Positions 10,835 through 21,118 of a DNA stretch of 64,000 bases are shown piece by piece. The notes under the pieces were generated by a model. The model saw only the letters and a program-made list of their open reading frames with translations, had not been told where the DNA came from and searched no databases. Position 1 is the first letter of the stretch. Every line of letters starts with the position of its first letter. The position numbers and the translations under genes were made by a program. Source of the stretch: a virus. The stretch spans positions 12,530 to 76,529 of the IMG/VR virus record IMGVR_UViG_3300030116_004952; one strand, given 5' to 3'.

Positions 10835-11861
10835 CTGGAAACCTCCAACATTTACCTACACAATATCCTTCCGATATTAACTTATTACAAAACGGTGTTT
10901 TATAATTACCATATACTGTAAATTTTGCGTGTTTGCGAGTTTCGCTTTCATCCCAATCCAACCATACATCATCTCTTTCTCCAAAAGAAGTTTTAATTTC
11001 AGATACAATCATATTAAGGACTTTGTTCTTTTCTTCTAACGAATTGAGATTCGTTCTAAGAGTTAATAAATCTCTATACCATGAAACAAGGTATGCTCTC
11101 GCCATATGCGAAGGATTCTCCGTCATTATAGCATTATGCAAACATGGCAATAATGGGAGTTTTCCATCATACTTCGGAACGGAAACTTCGCCCTCTACTT
11201 CATCTATGGGGGGTTGTTCGGGAAACTTGACCTTGACATTACCCACCTTTCTGAAAGGAATACTTCTTGGTTTGGATGCTAATACAATCAATTCATCAAG
11301 ACTTAAAGAAAGGTCATCATAGAACAAAGGAATGCAGAAAAGAGCATTTCCATTCTTATCAGAAGATGACATATTAACAGTATTTGGAACTCGCCTTAAA
11401 CGAGTCTGTTGTCCTACTCTATCATCTAAAGTATTTTCAATCCCAACCTTTTCAATAAGCATATTCTTTATCTCTTTAAAATATGCTTGAATGTTTCTAA
11501 TACTATCAGTTCTTTCACCATCTAAAAACAAATGAAATCCTCTCCCAGAAAAAAACAAAGTATGGCTAATATTTTGTTCTATTACCCAATCCATTATTAC
11601 CTTAATATCTCTATATGCATTTTTAAGGTCGCCATCATGCCCATCAAAATCTAAAAATATTCTGTCAAGTATTACAGAAGAATCAATCTTTGCAGTTTCG
11701 CTAAAATGCTCAAAATCATAAACAGTTGTATATACATTTGTTCTGTTATTTTGAACCTTTACAAAATTGATATAATCATTCTTCGTCAGAACTATCTTTC
11801 TTTTCATTTGTGGTGCGTTCTTTATGTGGCTTCCCGCCCATACTTCTCTCGGAAACTTCAT
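10821..11861 (-). CDS. Archaeo-eukaryotic primase (PriS catalytic domain fused to PriL-like C-terminal domain)
   Basis: FLDFD, FSGRGFH, RLRRVPNT; C-terminal LPCL...C...YCVGKC cysteines. Confidence 0.85.
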   Translation of the reverse strand: MKFPREVWAGSHIKNAPQMKRKIVLTKNDYINFVKVQNNRTNVYTTVYDFEHFSETAKIDSSVILDRIFLDFDGHDGDLKNAYRDIKVIMDWVIEQNISHTLFFSGRGFHLFLDGERTDSIRNIQAYFKEIKNMLIEKVGIENTLDDRVGQQTRLRRVPNTVNMSSSDKNGNALFCIPLFYDDLSLSLDELIVLASKPRSIPFRKVGNVKVKFPEQPPIDEVEGEVSVPKYDGKLPLLPCLHNAIMTENPSHMARAYLVSWYRDLLTLRTNLNSLEEKNKVLNMIVSEIKTSFGERDDVWLDWDESETRKHAKFTVYGNYKTPFCNKLISEGYCVGKCWRFPDVNN

Positions 11862-12159
11862 TATTTATTCCTCCAAAATTTACTGTTGCTTTATCTAGCA
11901 TATTTCTAATTGTTCCTGCTACTTCTGCTTTAATGTGTGTAAGGCACATCTCTCTCAATACATCAGCATAGTAGTAGCCAACCATACTATCATTGATTTT
12001 TGTTTCCTTGACCATATCAAATCTTTGTATCAGATTCATTTCAGAATAAATTTCATTTGATAGACTTTCAATTGTTACCATAAGATTTGATATTTCATTA
12101 AATGTCCAAGACCTTATTCTTACTTTTGCTTCAATTATTTCTTTCATAATTACACCCAT
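11861..12159 (-). CDS. Hypothetical protein (track ORF 11776..12159 runs into the primase gene)
   Basis: Co-oriented ORF between the Cas4-like nuclease and primase; exact extent uncertain. Confidence 0.45.
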
Positions 12160-13055
12160 GAATCATCTTGTGCGGCATCACAAATGCCAAAGTAAGAACA
12201 ATGAGCGCAGGTCTTGTAAAAGAACTTAGCAGGGAATTGTTGTCTTTCATAGTGATGAATTAACTTAGCAATATTATTCATTACAGAAGTCATAGACCTC
12301 TTCTTTCTTTCTTCTGCATAAATGTAGTTCGATGCTGGATAATACCAACCCCAATGTGTTACTTTATCATTAGGGTCAAGACCATTTTTAATCATAACTT
12401 CATCTGTTGCATTCTCGATAAGTAATTCATAAAATGCCATTTCTTTTCTCATTGAAGTTCTCTTGTAATCTTTCCATGCACCTGTCTTATATTCAAAAGG
12501 AACAAGGCCACCGTTTTCTTTAAAGATACGGTCAATGATTCCTTGAATATGGATTACATAATCCCTTTGTAAAGGAAACTTAGGATTGATGTTTGCAGGG
12601 ATTGTAATTTCTGCATCAAACTTTCCTTCATTACAAACAGGCAAATATTCATGGATTTTATTTTCTGCCTTTGCTTCAATAAATCGCTGTGCTTCAAGAG
12701 AAGCAACAGTCAATGAAATATCATAGTATTCATCAACAGGCATTAATCCTGTGCAATACTCTAGGATTTCACTATTGTTCATTTTCTCAGCCTTCTTAAC
12801 ATCAAAGTCATCAAAGAACTTCTCTCTATGATTGTGAAGAACCGTTCCTTTAAGCATCGCTTCGGTTTGGTCTTGAGGCAACCGTTGAACATAAGAAAAG
12901 TCGTATTTCTTTGGACACCAATCAAAAGTTCCCAAAGAAGATTTAGTTATTTTCAAGATAGGCATAGAGGGGTCATCATAATTTTCGTGATTCCATTGAT
13001 AAGTGTATTCTTTCATCGAAGAAATCACCGCATTATATCTTTCGTCGTCGTTCAT
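12150..13055 (-). CDS. Cas4/AddB-like PD-(D/E)xK exonuclease with Fe-S cysteines
   Basis: WCPKK, GIIDRI, EYKTG and C-terminal CAHCSYFGIC. Confidence 0.85.
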   Translation of the reverse strand: MNDDERYNAVISSMKEYTYQWNHENYDDPSMPILKITKSSLGTFDWCPKKYDFSYVQRLPQDQTEAMLKGTVLHNHREKFFDDFDVKKAEKMNNSEILEYCTGLMPVDEYYDISLTVASLEAQRFIEAKAENKIHEYLPVCNEGKFDAEITIPANINPKFPLQRDYVIHIQGIIDRIFKENGGLVPFEYKTGAWKDYKRTSMRKEMAFYELLIENATDEVMIKNGLDPNDKVTHWGWYYPASNYIYAEERKKRSMTSVMNNIAKLIHHYERQQFPAKFFYKTCAHCSYFGICDAAQDDSWV

Positions 13056-13056
13056 T

Positions 13057-13944
13057 TTACCACCATTCGTCTAATTTCATTTGTATTTTTCCTGTTCTTA
13101 TTGAAGATACATCCCAATTCATCGCTCGATAAATTGGTTCAGCCTTTTTGACTATTTGTTCTGCATAATGTTTGTAGTCTGGAGTATAGTTGTCAAAATC
13201 ATCATACGTTGTTGCAGATACATATTCTACTTCTCTCTTTTCTTTCGTCAAAGGATGAGTATATGTGTCATGCACGTTCTTAACCTTGAGATATAAATAG
13301 GAGTCATCAAAGGTCATATTTAATCTTTCCCAAGCATAGAGAATACCTGCAATACCCGAACCAATTGCGGGTCTTTTGTAAGTAAAGGTTAGAAACTGTT
13401 CTGTTTCTGTTCCGCATCTATCACACCATTTAATTTTAATACATTCTTTTAAGTGGTGTTTCTTCTTACATTCTGGACACTTAAGAATAACTCTATCTTC
13501 TCTTAGACGGCTACGTTTTACAATATCAGAAGTATTTACTTTACCTTCCATAACTTCATTATATTTGTCAGAAAGATACTTGTTTATTTCTCCCATTGTC
13601 TTTTGTCCGACCCACATCTTCAATACTGTTGTTTGAACATCCTTAGCGAGTTTTGTTTCACTAACACGCTTTGCAGTAAAACCTGTCATTGTAAATTTAG
13701 GCTCATCAAGCCAAACTCCATCTTCCCAAGATACTAAACCTGCATTCCGATTCTTTGTTGTTCCAACACCTAATGCAGAATAATACTTTTCAAACTCAAG
13801 AACAACTGGATGTTGTTCAAGATTTAATACATTAGGAAAGTGTTCACGAACTGAATCTTCAATCTCCTTGATTGCCGATTCAGCCTTTTCAATAGATTCA
13901 ATCTGAACATAGATTGAATCCGTATGTCCATAAACTACTTTCAT
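13057..13944 (-). CDS. polB: Family B DNA polymerase, C-terminal part (motif C, thumb)
   Basis: Starts MKVVYGHTDSIYV after a GGTGA RBS; LEFEK, KNRNAG motifs; inserted CPEC...CDRC zinc finger. Confidence 0.85.
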   Translation of the reverse strand: MKVVYGHTDSIYVQIESIEKAESAIKEIEDSVREHFPNVLNLEQHPVVLEFEKYYSALGVGTTKNRNAGLVSWEDGVWLDEPKFTMTGFTAKRVSETKLAKDVQTTVLKMWVGQKTMGEINKYLSDKYNEVMEGKVNTSDIVKRSRLREDRVILKCPECKKKHHLKECIKIKWCDRCGTETEQFLTFTYKRPAIGSGIAGILYAWERLNMTFDDSYLYLKVKNVHDTYTHPLTKEKREVEYVSATTYDDFDNYTPDYKHYAEQIVKKAEPIYRAMNWDVSSIRTGKIQMKLDEWW

Positions 13945-13948
13945 AGTA

Positions 13949-14143
13949 TCACCATGCGTTCTCAAAGTAAATCTTACCATCAGTATATTGCATCAATTCC
14001 TGCTTGATAGTTTTAATATCCTTAACTAAGTCTGCGAATGTTACATTCTCTTCGTAAAGTTGGCCTATTTCATTTTCAAGCCTCTTTACTGTTTGCTTCA
14101 AATTTGCTATTTCTGCTTTTAATTCTTTAATTTCTTTGCTCAT
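13949..14143 (-). CDS. Small coiled-coil protein between the polB halves
   Basis: Heptad pattern IKELKAEIANLKQTVKRLENEIGQL. Confidence 0.6.
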   Translation of the reverse strand: MSKEIKELKAEIANLKQTVKRLENEIGQLYEENVTFADLVKDIKTIKQELMQYTDGKIYFENAW

Positions 14144-14271
14144 AATATCACCGTTACGATTGTTATAATGGTTATTATATTTACGATATTTACCATCATC
14201 AATATCTTATTGCTTTTTGCTATCATAGATAACAGTTCTTCGAGAAGTTCATTGGTTTTGTCCATCATCAT
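14140..14271 (-). CDS. 43-aa protein with C-terminal hydrophobic helix, between the polB halves
   Basis: Manual translation MMMDKTNELLEELLSMIAKSNKILMMVNIVNIITIITIVTVIL*. Confidence 0.45.
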   Translation of the reverse strand: MMMDKTNELLEELLSMIAKSNKILMMVNIVNIITIITIVTVIL

Positions 14272-14387
14272 TCTCATCACTTACCTTTACTATAATAGCG
14301 TTTCTTTTAATGTTATTCATCATTTGGAATAATTCCTTTACTTCTTGTAAAGTAATATTCCATGTTTCTTCTGTATCATAAGATACT

Positions 14388-14645
14388 TCAACTGTTACAA
14401 TTTTCTTCTTCATATAAATGCCTCCATTTTTCTTTAATTACCCAATGTCTGTTTCTTCTTGTTCCTACTGCAAAAGCATACGGTTTCAATAATGACGCTA
14501 TTCGGTTGCTCTTATAAACTGTCCGATGTTCACGTTCATAAAAAGAAACTATTTCTTCTAAATCAAAATTATCTGGGTTTTTAATTTGTTTTAATGAATC
14601 AATCAACTTTTGTTTTATCCTGTAATTTCCTGAACTTCTTCCCAT
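14388..14645 (-). CDS. Small basic protein, possible winged HTH
   Basis: Starts immediately after the polB-N stop; helix-helix-SNRIASLLK-hairpin pattern. Confidence 0.5.
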   Translation of the reverse strand: MGRSSGNYRIKQKLIDSLKQIKNPDNFDLEEIVSFYEREHRTVYKSNRIASLLKPYAFAVGTRRNRHWVIKEKWRHLYEEENCNS

Positions 14646-16301
14646 TTATTCCATCTCCTTTGCTTTAAAAGCAGCCAAACGAATTGCTTCTCTAGCACTA
14701 GCAGTAATACTAGCGGCTAAATCTACATCAGCCCAACCAAATCCTTGAAAGGCTACAATGCCATAGAATGATGCCATTAATCTTTTTACTGCCATTTGAT
14801 TGTTATACCACTTGACATATTCATTTTTATCATCATTCTCTCTTGCTTCTTTCATAAGACGCTTGTATTCGTTTCTCAATTCTTTTAATTCAAGAACTGC
14901 TCTCGGTAAAAGACCGAGATTATCTGTCTTATAATAGAGCATTTGTTCTCTATCAGTAATACTGAAATCTCTTGGTGTTAAAATATTTACACCAAATTCT
15001 GTTGGTTCTTCTGATTTAGTTTCCCATGAAATGTTTCTTGCAATCATCATTGAAGGATATAGTCCTGCAAAATCAAAAGCAGCAACATTAAGATGTAGTC
15101 CATTTGTTTCTTCACTTAATGGGTCATAAATCATAGCACCATCATATTCTTGACGCTTCTCTACCTTTTCGCCTGTTGGTGCAATCCATGTAGCATTACG
15201 CATAAAATAGATTGAACCCATATGACTTGCATAAAAACAAGCACTAAATGGCGCAATTAGAAGTCTTTGTAATGCTATAATTGCTTCACTACAATAATTC
15301 AATTCATCAATTTCAACCATCAATTCAACATCTATCTGAGCATACTTAAGATATGTCTCAGTATCATTTAACCAACCTTCTCGATAGAATACATTCGGGT
15401 CTGGGAACTTTTCACTAACAAGTTTCTTTCTTCCCAATACTGCTTCAGAAATGTAATCTAAAGACATTGACGGTAATGTTCCCCTTTGAGAGTCATTCCA
15501 TTGTCTTTCAAAAGCAAGGTCTAAATTGAGGGTTATGCGACCCCCAATAGGCTGTTCAATTGGCCCGAACCCATTCTTGCCATAATTGAAAACAAAGCCA
15601 TTCTTAGTATTCTTAACGCCCTTAATTGTCCTAATTGGAGATATGGTAGTAGGGTTCAATCCCAAAGCACACGCTCGCTCAAGGAGTTTTGGCAAATCGA
15701 ATTTTAAACCAAACCAAGCAATTAACATATCAGGGTCTTTATCAACCATTGTTACCATAAAGTTTTCAATCATATCCTTTTCACTATTAAATGTAAATGT
15801 AGATGTAGTGTCATAAACTAAATCACGTTGCAATTCTTTAGGAAACCAAACCCATTGAAAGTATTTCTCATCATAATTATCATAAACTACAATAGTAGTA
15901 ATACAATCGTGATATTCTCCACCTTGTTGCCATTCCATATCCCAATACCATTTACGCATTTCATATTCTGGTAATGAACCTAAAGAATCAACTGCATATC
16001 TAAATGCATATGGAACATCTGCTTCAAAGGTTTTTACAAAAGAACGTCGAGCAATATGAATGTCATCAGACTTATCTACATAAACTCTAGTTAATTTTTC
16101 ACCTTGAAGATTGTGCCAATTACCTTCTTCGTAAGTAAATTCTCTTTTTACAAATTTAGAAGGATTGTAATACTTAGGTTGATTATCAGAAGATAGGATA
16201 TAAAAATAAGGAGTAAATTCGACAACTGTTTGTCTTTTCTCTCTACCCTCTCTCCATGATGTATAAACGTGCTTTCCTGTTACTGTTTTACTTATTATCA
16301 T
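14646..16301 (-). CDS. polB: Family B DNA polymerase, N-terminal part (3'-5' exonuclease, motifs A and B)
   Basis: WDME (ExoI), FGLKFDL (ExoII), YAQID (ExoIII), DFAGLYPSMM (motif A), QMAVKRLMASFYG (motif B); ends before motif C. Confidence 0.92.
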   Translation of the reverse strand: MIISKTVTGKHVYTSWREGREKRQTVVEFTPYFYILSSDNQPKYYNPSKFVKREFTYEEGNWHNLQGEKLTRVYVDKSDDIHIARRSFVKTFEADVPYAFRYAVDSLGSLPEYEMRKWYWDMEWQQGGEYHDCITTIVVYDNYDEKYFQWVWFPKELQRDLVYDTTSTFTFNSEKDMIENFMVTMVDKDPDMLIAWFGLKFDLPKLLERACALGLNPTTISPIRTIKGVKNTKNGFVFNYGKNGFGPIEQPIGGRITLNLDLAFERQWNDSQRGTLPSMSLDYISEAVLGRKKLVSEKFPDPNVFYREGWLNDTETYLKYAQIDVELMVEIDELNYCSEAIIALQRLLIAPFSACFYASHMGSIYFMRNATWIAPTGEKVEKRQEYDGAMIYDPLSEETNGLHLNVAAFDFAGLYPSMMIARNISWETKSEEPTEFGVNILTPRDFSITDREQMLYYKTDNLGLLPRAVLELKELRNEYKRLMKEARENDDKNEYVKWYNNQMAVKRLMASFYGIVAFQGFGWADVDLAASITASAREAIRLAAFKAKEME

Positions 16302-16302
16302 T

Positions 16303-17070
16303 TTAATTACCTGCCGAAAACGGTGCTTTAATTATCATCCTATCTTCTGCAACTAATAGTAGTGGAAACTCATCCTTTACATAAAAATTAATATTAGTGT
16401 TCTTCTTAAAGAACTTATGTAATGGGCCACTATATTCTAATGTTGCAGATTCACCAAAACAAATTGTTGGTGTAATTCTTTCTTCGTATTGATTCTGAAT
16501 AGTAGCACCGCTTGAAAATGTAACGGTATTACCATTGTAATCTAATTTGAATGCGCCATGATTTGCTAATTCACAAGATGAAATACAATCAGCATAAACA
16601 TCTTGACTTAAGACAAAAGCACCTTCATATTTTGATTTACCAAAATCTGGTAAAGTTGTAATTTCTTCTTCATAAGTAATATTAGATAACATACCTTGAA
16701 GTCGTGTAATTGCGGTCATATTAGGATGTTGAATTACTTTTGCAACACTAGCCTTCTTTGTTCCAGAACTAACTTGAATTGTATCATCTACAACAAAAGC
16801 AGTTAGTTCTCCGTATTTTTTAAGATACGGAACAAGAGTCTTAACATTACCAATAAACTCGCCATCTTCTGCACCTATCACTTCTAAATTAATATTCATA
16901 GCAAAGGTAGTATCTCCATTCCAAATGGATAGAGTATTACCCCTTAACTGCATTAAGAAATGTAATCCCATCGAATTATTTGTAAAACCCGATGAAGTTA
17001 AGTATTTACCTTTACCTTGAATACTTTCTAATGCTTCTGTGATTTGTTTTGTATTTACTGCAAATTTCAA
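16303..17070 (-). CDS. Sliding clamp (PCNA-like)
   Basis: 255 aa, two-domain beta/alpha pattern ending FPLLL...IIKAP; adjacent to polB and RFC. Confidence 0.65.
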   Translation of the reverse strand: MKFAVNTKQITEALESIQGKGKYLTSSGFTNNSMGLHFLMQLRGNTLSIWNGDTTFAMNINLEVIGAEDGEFIGNVKTLVPYLKKYGELTAFVVDDTIQVSSGTKKASVAKVIQHPNMTAITRLQGMLSNITYEEEITTLPDFGKSKYEGAFVLSQDVYADCISSCELANHGAFKLDYNGNTVTFSSGATIQNQYEERITPTICFGESATLEYSGPLHKFFKKNTNINFYVKDEFPLLLVAEDRMIIKAPFSAGN

Positions 17071-17885
17071 ATCTTACCCTCCCGCAAATCAGGAATACCG
17101 TTCCAAACGATATTAGGTGGAATACCTTCTCGAATAGTCCAACGTGTTCCGACCTTATTACCATTAGTTCTTGAACCAATCAATTCAGCAACAAAGTGTA
17201 TTTCACCTTTTACTTTTCTCTTAGAACAATGAATCTCTTGTTCTAGTTTTCCACCCCAATCCTTCCATGCGGGTTGAATACCAGTAGCAACATTATCTAC
17301 ATACTTTTCAGTTTCGTGAGTAATATAAATTACATCACACTTTAGATTGAAAATCGCTTCAAGTAAATAATAGAAAGTTTTGTTTCTTGGGCCATATTGA
17401 TATGGCATCATTTTTGTTACAACAGTAGGATTTGGATTAACCTTGTAAATACATTTTTCAAACCATGTATCTACTCCATCCATCACAAAGATAGGCTTTT
17501 CGCCTTCTTCAATCTTCTGTCGAACATAACGAATAAAATCATGAGAGTTTTTCTCAGATGCATTAATATCAATTTTGTTCTCATTATCCTGAACAATTGG
17601 GTCGAATACTTCAATACGTTCTGTTGCATCATGGCATTCAATCCATGTAGATTCAACACCACTATCCCAATCTAAAACGTAAATCTTACGTTCTGGAAAA
17701 TCGAGAGCAATACCTGTTTTACCTGTTTTTGGCTCTCCCCAAATTCCTAAGACCATTCGACTTTTACGTTCTTGTCTTTTCTTTTCCATTAATTGTCTAA
17801 AGCGAGAATTAAAATCTTCTTGCTGTTTTCCAAAGTTGGTCGTCTTTTGTTCTCCTTTCTTATCTGTTATTCCCATAACTATCAC
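17067..17885 (-). CDS. RecA/RadB/Sak4-like P-loop ATPase
   Basis: GEPKTGKT Walker A, VLDWD, VMDGVD Walker B, YITHE. Confidence 0.75.
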   Translation of the reverse strand: MIVMGITDKKGEQKTTNFGKQQEDFNSRFRQLMEKKRQERKSRMVLGIWGEPKTGKTGIALDFPERKIYVLDWDSGVESTWIECHDATERIEVFDPIVQDNENKIDINASEKNSHDFIRYVRQKIEEGEKPIFVMDGVDTWFEKCIYKVNPNPTVVTKMMPYQYGPRNKTFYYLLEAIFNLKCDVIYITHETEKYVDNVATGIQPAWKDWGGKLEQEIHCSKRKVKGEIHFVAELIGSRTNGNKVGTRWTIREGIPPNIVWNGIPDLREGKI

Positions 17886-18129
17886 CTAATTCATTTATAT
17901 CTATATCTAATTCTTTACCATGCATTTTAGTCCATGCCATTAAGATAGTTGCTAATTCTAATTTATCGCAAATATATCTTGCTTCTTTGGTTGAAAAGTG
18001 CATCTTCAACCAATAAGTTCCATTCTCTTTTTCGTTCTTTCTCCATGTTAAGAAATCTACATTGGCTAAATCGACAATGTAGGCATCTCCTTTCAAAAGA
18101 AACCTTTCTTCTTTTAAATCCGTCGTCAT
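17860..18129 (-). CDS. Hypothetical protein
   Basis: Co-oriented 89-aa ORF with GGAG upstream. Confidence 0.55.
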   Translation of the reverse strand: MTTDLKEERFLLKGDAYIVDLANVDFLTWRKNEKENGTYWLKMHFSTKEARYICDKLELATILMAWTKMHGKELDIDINELGDSYGNNR

Positions 18130-18301
18130 AATTAAATCTCCGTATAGGGCTTTGCACCCATTTGAACGTCAATTACTTCCCTAAGTTCACGCTTACACTT
18201 AGAATTACTCTATTTCCACAATGAATTCTGTAATGTCGCCAACACATCATACCCCTCAATCACCTATGCGACATTTCTAGGGAGAAATAGTCGGAATTCA
18301 A

Positions 18302-19531
18302 TCAAAACCAGTCAAAGTTTTCTTCAACGATTTCCTCCACTTCAACAGGTGAACCTGTTCTTTGGACAACATATAGTCCAGAAACATTGATTGTTACTGG
18401 GTCGGCTTCTCCATCCACCATTCTTTGTGAAGTTCTTCCGATAACAATTACAGAAGAACCTACTCCAAAGTCAATTGTTAAATGACTTGGAATCCAACAA
18501 GTAGTCATGTTGGAATCATTATCATAATCAAACTCAACAGTCATATCAGTTAGATTGATAATTCGATTACCATTTGCAGTTGGAGTCATATTCATATTAC
18601 AAACTGTTCCATCTGTAATTACAAATCTTTCCTTTGCAGGTAATGTTTGTCGCTGAATGTGCGCTCTATCAATTTCAACCAAAGGAACAAGATGGCTTGA
18701 AAAGTTATCAACCAAACATTGTTCAAAGTCAAAAGATGAAACATCTTGATAGTTCTCGCTTTCAGGATTTACGTCTGAATGATTAACTAAACTACTTAAT
18801 GTAGTTTTAGTCATACCATAAATGGCTGAACCATCATCACTTGGAATACAAGCGAAATGAATCCATTCAAAGCAGTTTGGTGCAAAATCAACGGCAGGTT
18901 GATTCTTATACGAGAAAGTATAAGTTTTCATTTCTCCACCATCAACAGAACCAAAGAATACGCCTGTTCGTCTAAATTGCTCTAATGGAAGGGGTTTTCC
19001 ATAGTTGCGATTTTCTGCACCAGACATATATGTTGGTTGATTATCAAGCGGAATAACTGTTGTTCCGTTTTCTAATTCTTCTGCACCTTCTGGAAGATTT
19101 GAAACAATCTTCTCTTGATACTCATTCTTGTGATAACGTGAAATAACCCACTTACCTAAAGCATTTTGAGTTGCTACTGCAACATGACCATCTTCAAGTG
19201 CTTTATCAGCATCACGAAGATATTCTTCTTTTGCTCGGTTTCTATTCCAACTCATCATATCTCTAGGTGCTTCTAAAGCAACAAAGAAACCAAATGCAGC
19301 CTTTACAAGACTTCCACCTGTATTTCCACCATTAGAGGTATTTACTTTCTGTTGTCGTCGAAATTGTGCAACAAAGTTTCGCCAAAGTGCTTTAGCCAAA
19401 TCTGCTGTTGTTTCCACGTTATTCTCAACACAAATAGAATTGAATTTTTCTGTTGCTTCTTCAACAGTCATTCCAACAATTTGTGCGCCTTTTTCAATTT
19501 CTTTTTTCGTTTCGTCGTTCATATTTTTCAC
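18302..19531 (-). CDS. RPA-like single-stranded DNA-binding protein (OB folds)
   Basis: OB-like strands (VITDGTV...IINLTD...VIVIGR), acidic tail EEIVEENFDWF, replication context. Confidence 0.65.
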   Translation of the reverse strand: MKNMNDETKKEIEKGAQIVGMTVEEATEKFNSICVENNVETTADLAKALWRNFVAQFRRQQKVNTSNGGNTGGSLVKAAFGFFVALEAPRDMMSWNRNRAKEEYLRDADKALEDGHVAVATQNALGKWVISRYHKNEYQEKIVSNLPEGAEELENGTTVIPLDNQPTYMSGAENRNYGKPLPLEQFRRTGVFFGSVDGGEMKTYTFSYKNQPAVDFAPNCFEWIHFACIPSDDGSAIYGMTKTTLSSLVNHSDVNPESENYQDVSSFDFEQCLVDNFSSHLVPLVEIDRAHIQRQTLPAKERFVITDGTVCNMNMTPTANGNRIINLTDMTVEFDYDNDSNMTTCWIPSHLTIDFGVGSSVIVIGRTSQRMVDGEADPVTINVSGLYVVQRTGSPVEVEEIVEENFDWF

Positions 19532-19547
19532 TTCCTTATTTTTTGTT

Positions 19548-20459
19548 TCAGATTAACTGACCTACAAGCCATGAAATCAATACTCTTGGTGTCATGGTTG
19601 TGGAACGGTATTCGCTTTCTCCTATTGTTCTTAAAAACTTAAATTTAACATTTGAGTCTATTCCTTCTGATTGAATAATACTATCATGCATACCCATGCA
19701 AATTTCACGAACAGACCTACCCATGTAAATCATATCGTGAAGGGTTGCTAAGACATTTGTATCTTTATTCATTATCAAATTAATTATTTTAACATATTCT
19801 TCTAAATTCATCTCACTTTGTTTTTTGAGTGTGATATTTGACGATTTTGCCGCTTGAATCTCGGTAATCGCTCTACGAATATCACCATTCATTGAATATA
19901 TAAAGGGTAACAAGTCCTCATCCGAAAAACGATTAATGTTTTCGTTGGCTAAGATTCCCTTGATTACTTCTAAGATGACCTCATTAGAAAGAGGTTTGAA
20001 ATGATAGTTTGCACATCGGCTTTGAAGAGGAAAGATAATTCTGTTCCTATCATTACAAGTAATGATAAACCGAATATTAGAAGCATATCGCTCCATGATT
20101 CTCTTCAATGCATTTTGAGCATCGTTTGTCATTCCATCCATCTCATCTAATAAACAAATTCTAAATGGCACATCGCCAATAGTTCCGCTTTGTGCAATTT
20201 GTTTGATTAGAGTTCTGACTGTTTCTAGTTTCCTATCATCTGATGCATTAACTTCAAAAAAGTTATCAGATGTATTATTACCTAATATTGTCTTTGCTAA
20301 TGCTAAAGCCGCACCAGTCTTACCTGTTCCTGCTCTACCATAGAATAACAAATTAGGTATATTCTTTTCCTCAATCCACGTTTCTGCATCCATAACAAAA
20401 TGCTCTTGTCCTACAATATCACTTAGTTTAGATGGTCTGTATTTTTCTGTCCATAACAT
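19548..20459 (-). CDS. rfcS: Replication factor C small subunit (clamp loader)
   Basis: WTEKYRP, GRAGTGKT, NASDDR, LDEMD, AQNALKR, SRC motif. Confidence 0.95.
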   Translation of the reverse strand: MLWTEKYRPSKLSDIVGQEHFVMDAETWIEEKNIPNLLFYGRAGTGKTGAALALAKTILGNNTSDNFFEVNASDDRKLETVRTLIKQIAQSGTIGDVPFRICLLDEMDGMTNDAQNALKRIMERYASNIRFIITCNDRNRIIFPLQSRCANYHFKPLSNEVILEVIKGILANENINRFSDEDLLPFIYSMNGDIRRAITEIQAAKSSNITLKKQSEMNLEEYVKIINLIMNKDTNVLATLHDMIYMGRSVREICMGMHDSIIQSEGIDSNVKFKFLRTIGESEYRSTTMTPRVLISWLVGQLI

Positions 20460-20461
20460 AT

Positions 20462-21118
20462 TTATTTCTCCTTATTTTTAAGATATTTTTCTTTTCGTTT
20501 TTTAAGAATTTCATCTTTGTTTTTGTGATAATATTCTTTGCCTTTCCTAATTATCTCATCTTTATTTTTAAGATAATATTTTTTACCGTTCTCAAGAAGA
20601 ATATCTCTATTTTTGTGGTAATATTCTTTGTTTTTCTCAAGAATCCTTTTTTTGTTTTTAAGATAATATTCTCTTTGTCTTTTATTGACCTTATCTCTAT
20701 TTTTATGCTTATTTTTGTAATAACTCTTTCTTTGAATTTCCCTAATCTTATCCTTATTCTTTTCACGGTATCTTCTGCTTCGTATTCTATCTCGTTCTTT
20801 ATATTCTTCAGAACTACGTCTTTTTCTATTTTTTTCTTTAGCGATAGTCATATTATAATAACAAGCAACAATGATAAAGGACTCAATTAAATCTGCATCG
20901 AGTAAAGTTACTAAGGTATCAAATTGTTCTTCGGTCATATCTTCCCAAATACTCATTAGCATAAAGTTGTTCGGAATACTAAATTCCTTTTTCATTCTTC
21001 TATTATGCCATTCTCTTACCTTTCCTATCGGCTGACCAAATCCAAATATTAGCATATTATTAAATTTTATTTTCGTAAATCCTGCTCTTCCCATTTTATT
21101 CACCATTAAAATAATCAT
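20462..21118 (-). CDS. Basic protein with ~15-aa YYxKNK/R tandem repeats
   Basis: Repeats EYYLKNKKRILEKNK / EYYHKNRDILLENGK / KYYLKNKDEIIRKGK / EYYHKNKDEILKKRK. Confidence 0.55.
   Translation of the reverse strand: MIILMVNKMGRAGFTKIKFNNMLIFGFGQPIGKVREWHNRRMKKEFSIPNNFMLMSIWEDMTEEQFDTLVTLLDADLIESFIIVACYYNMTIAKEKNRKRRSSEEYKERDRIRSRRYREKNKDKIREIQRKSYYKNKHKNRDKVNKRQREYYLKNKKRILEKNKEYYHKNRDILLENGKKYYLKNKDEIIRKGKEYYHKNKDEILKKRKEKYLKNKEK

Noticed and set aside
12150-13055. Cas4 as part of a CRISPR-Cas system
   Set aside because: Stand-alone in a replication operon with no cas1/cas2; typical viral recombination exonuclease.
13945-14645. Intein or intron interrupting polB
   Set aside because: No Cys/Ser-start or His-Asn-end intein motifs and no recognisable intron core; the C-half has its own RBS and the gap holds coupled ORFs.
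18140-18200. Third tRNA gene
   Set aside because: Only a T-loop-like hairpin; no acceptor or anticodon arms.
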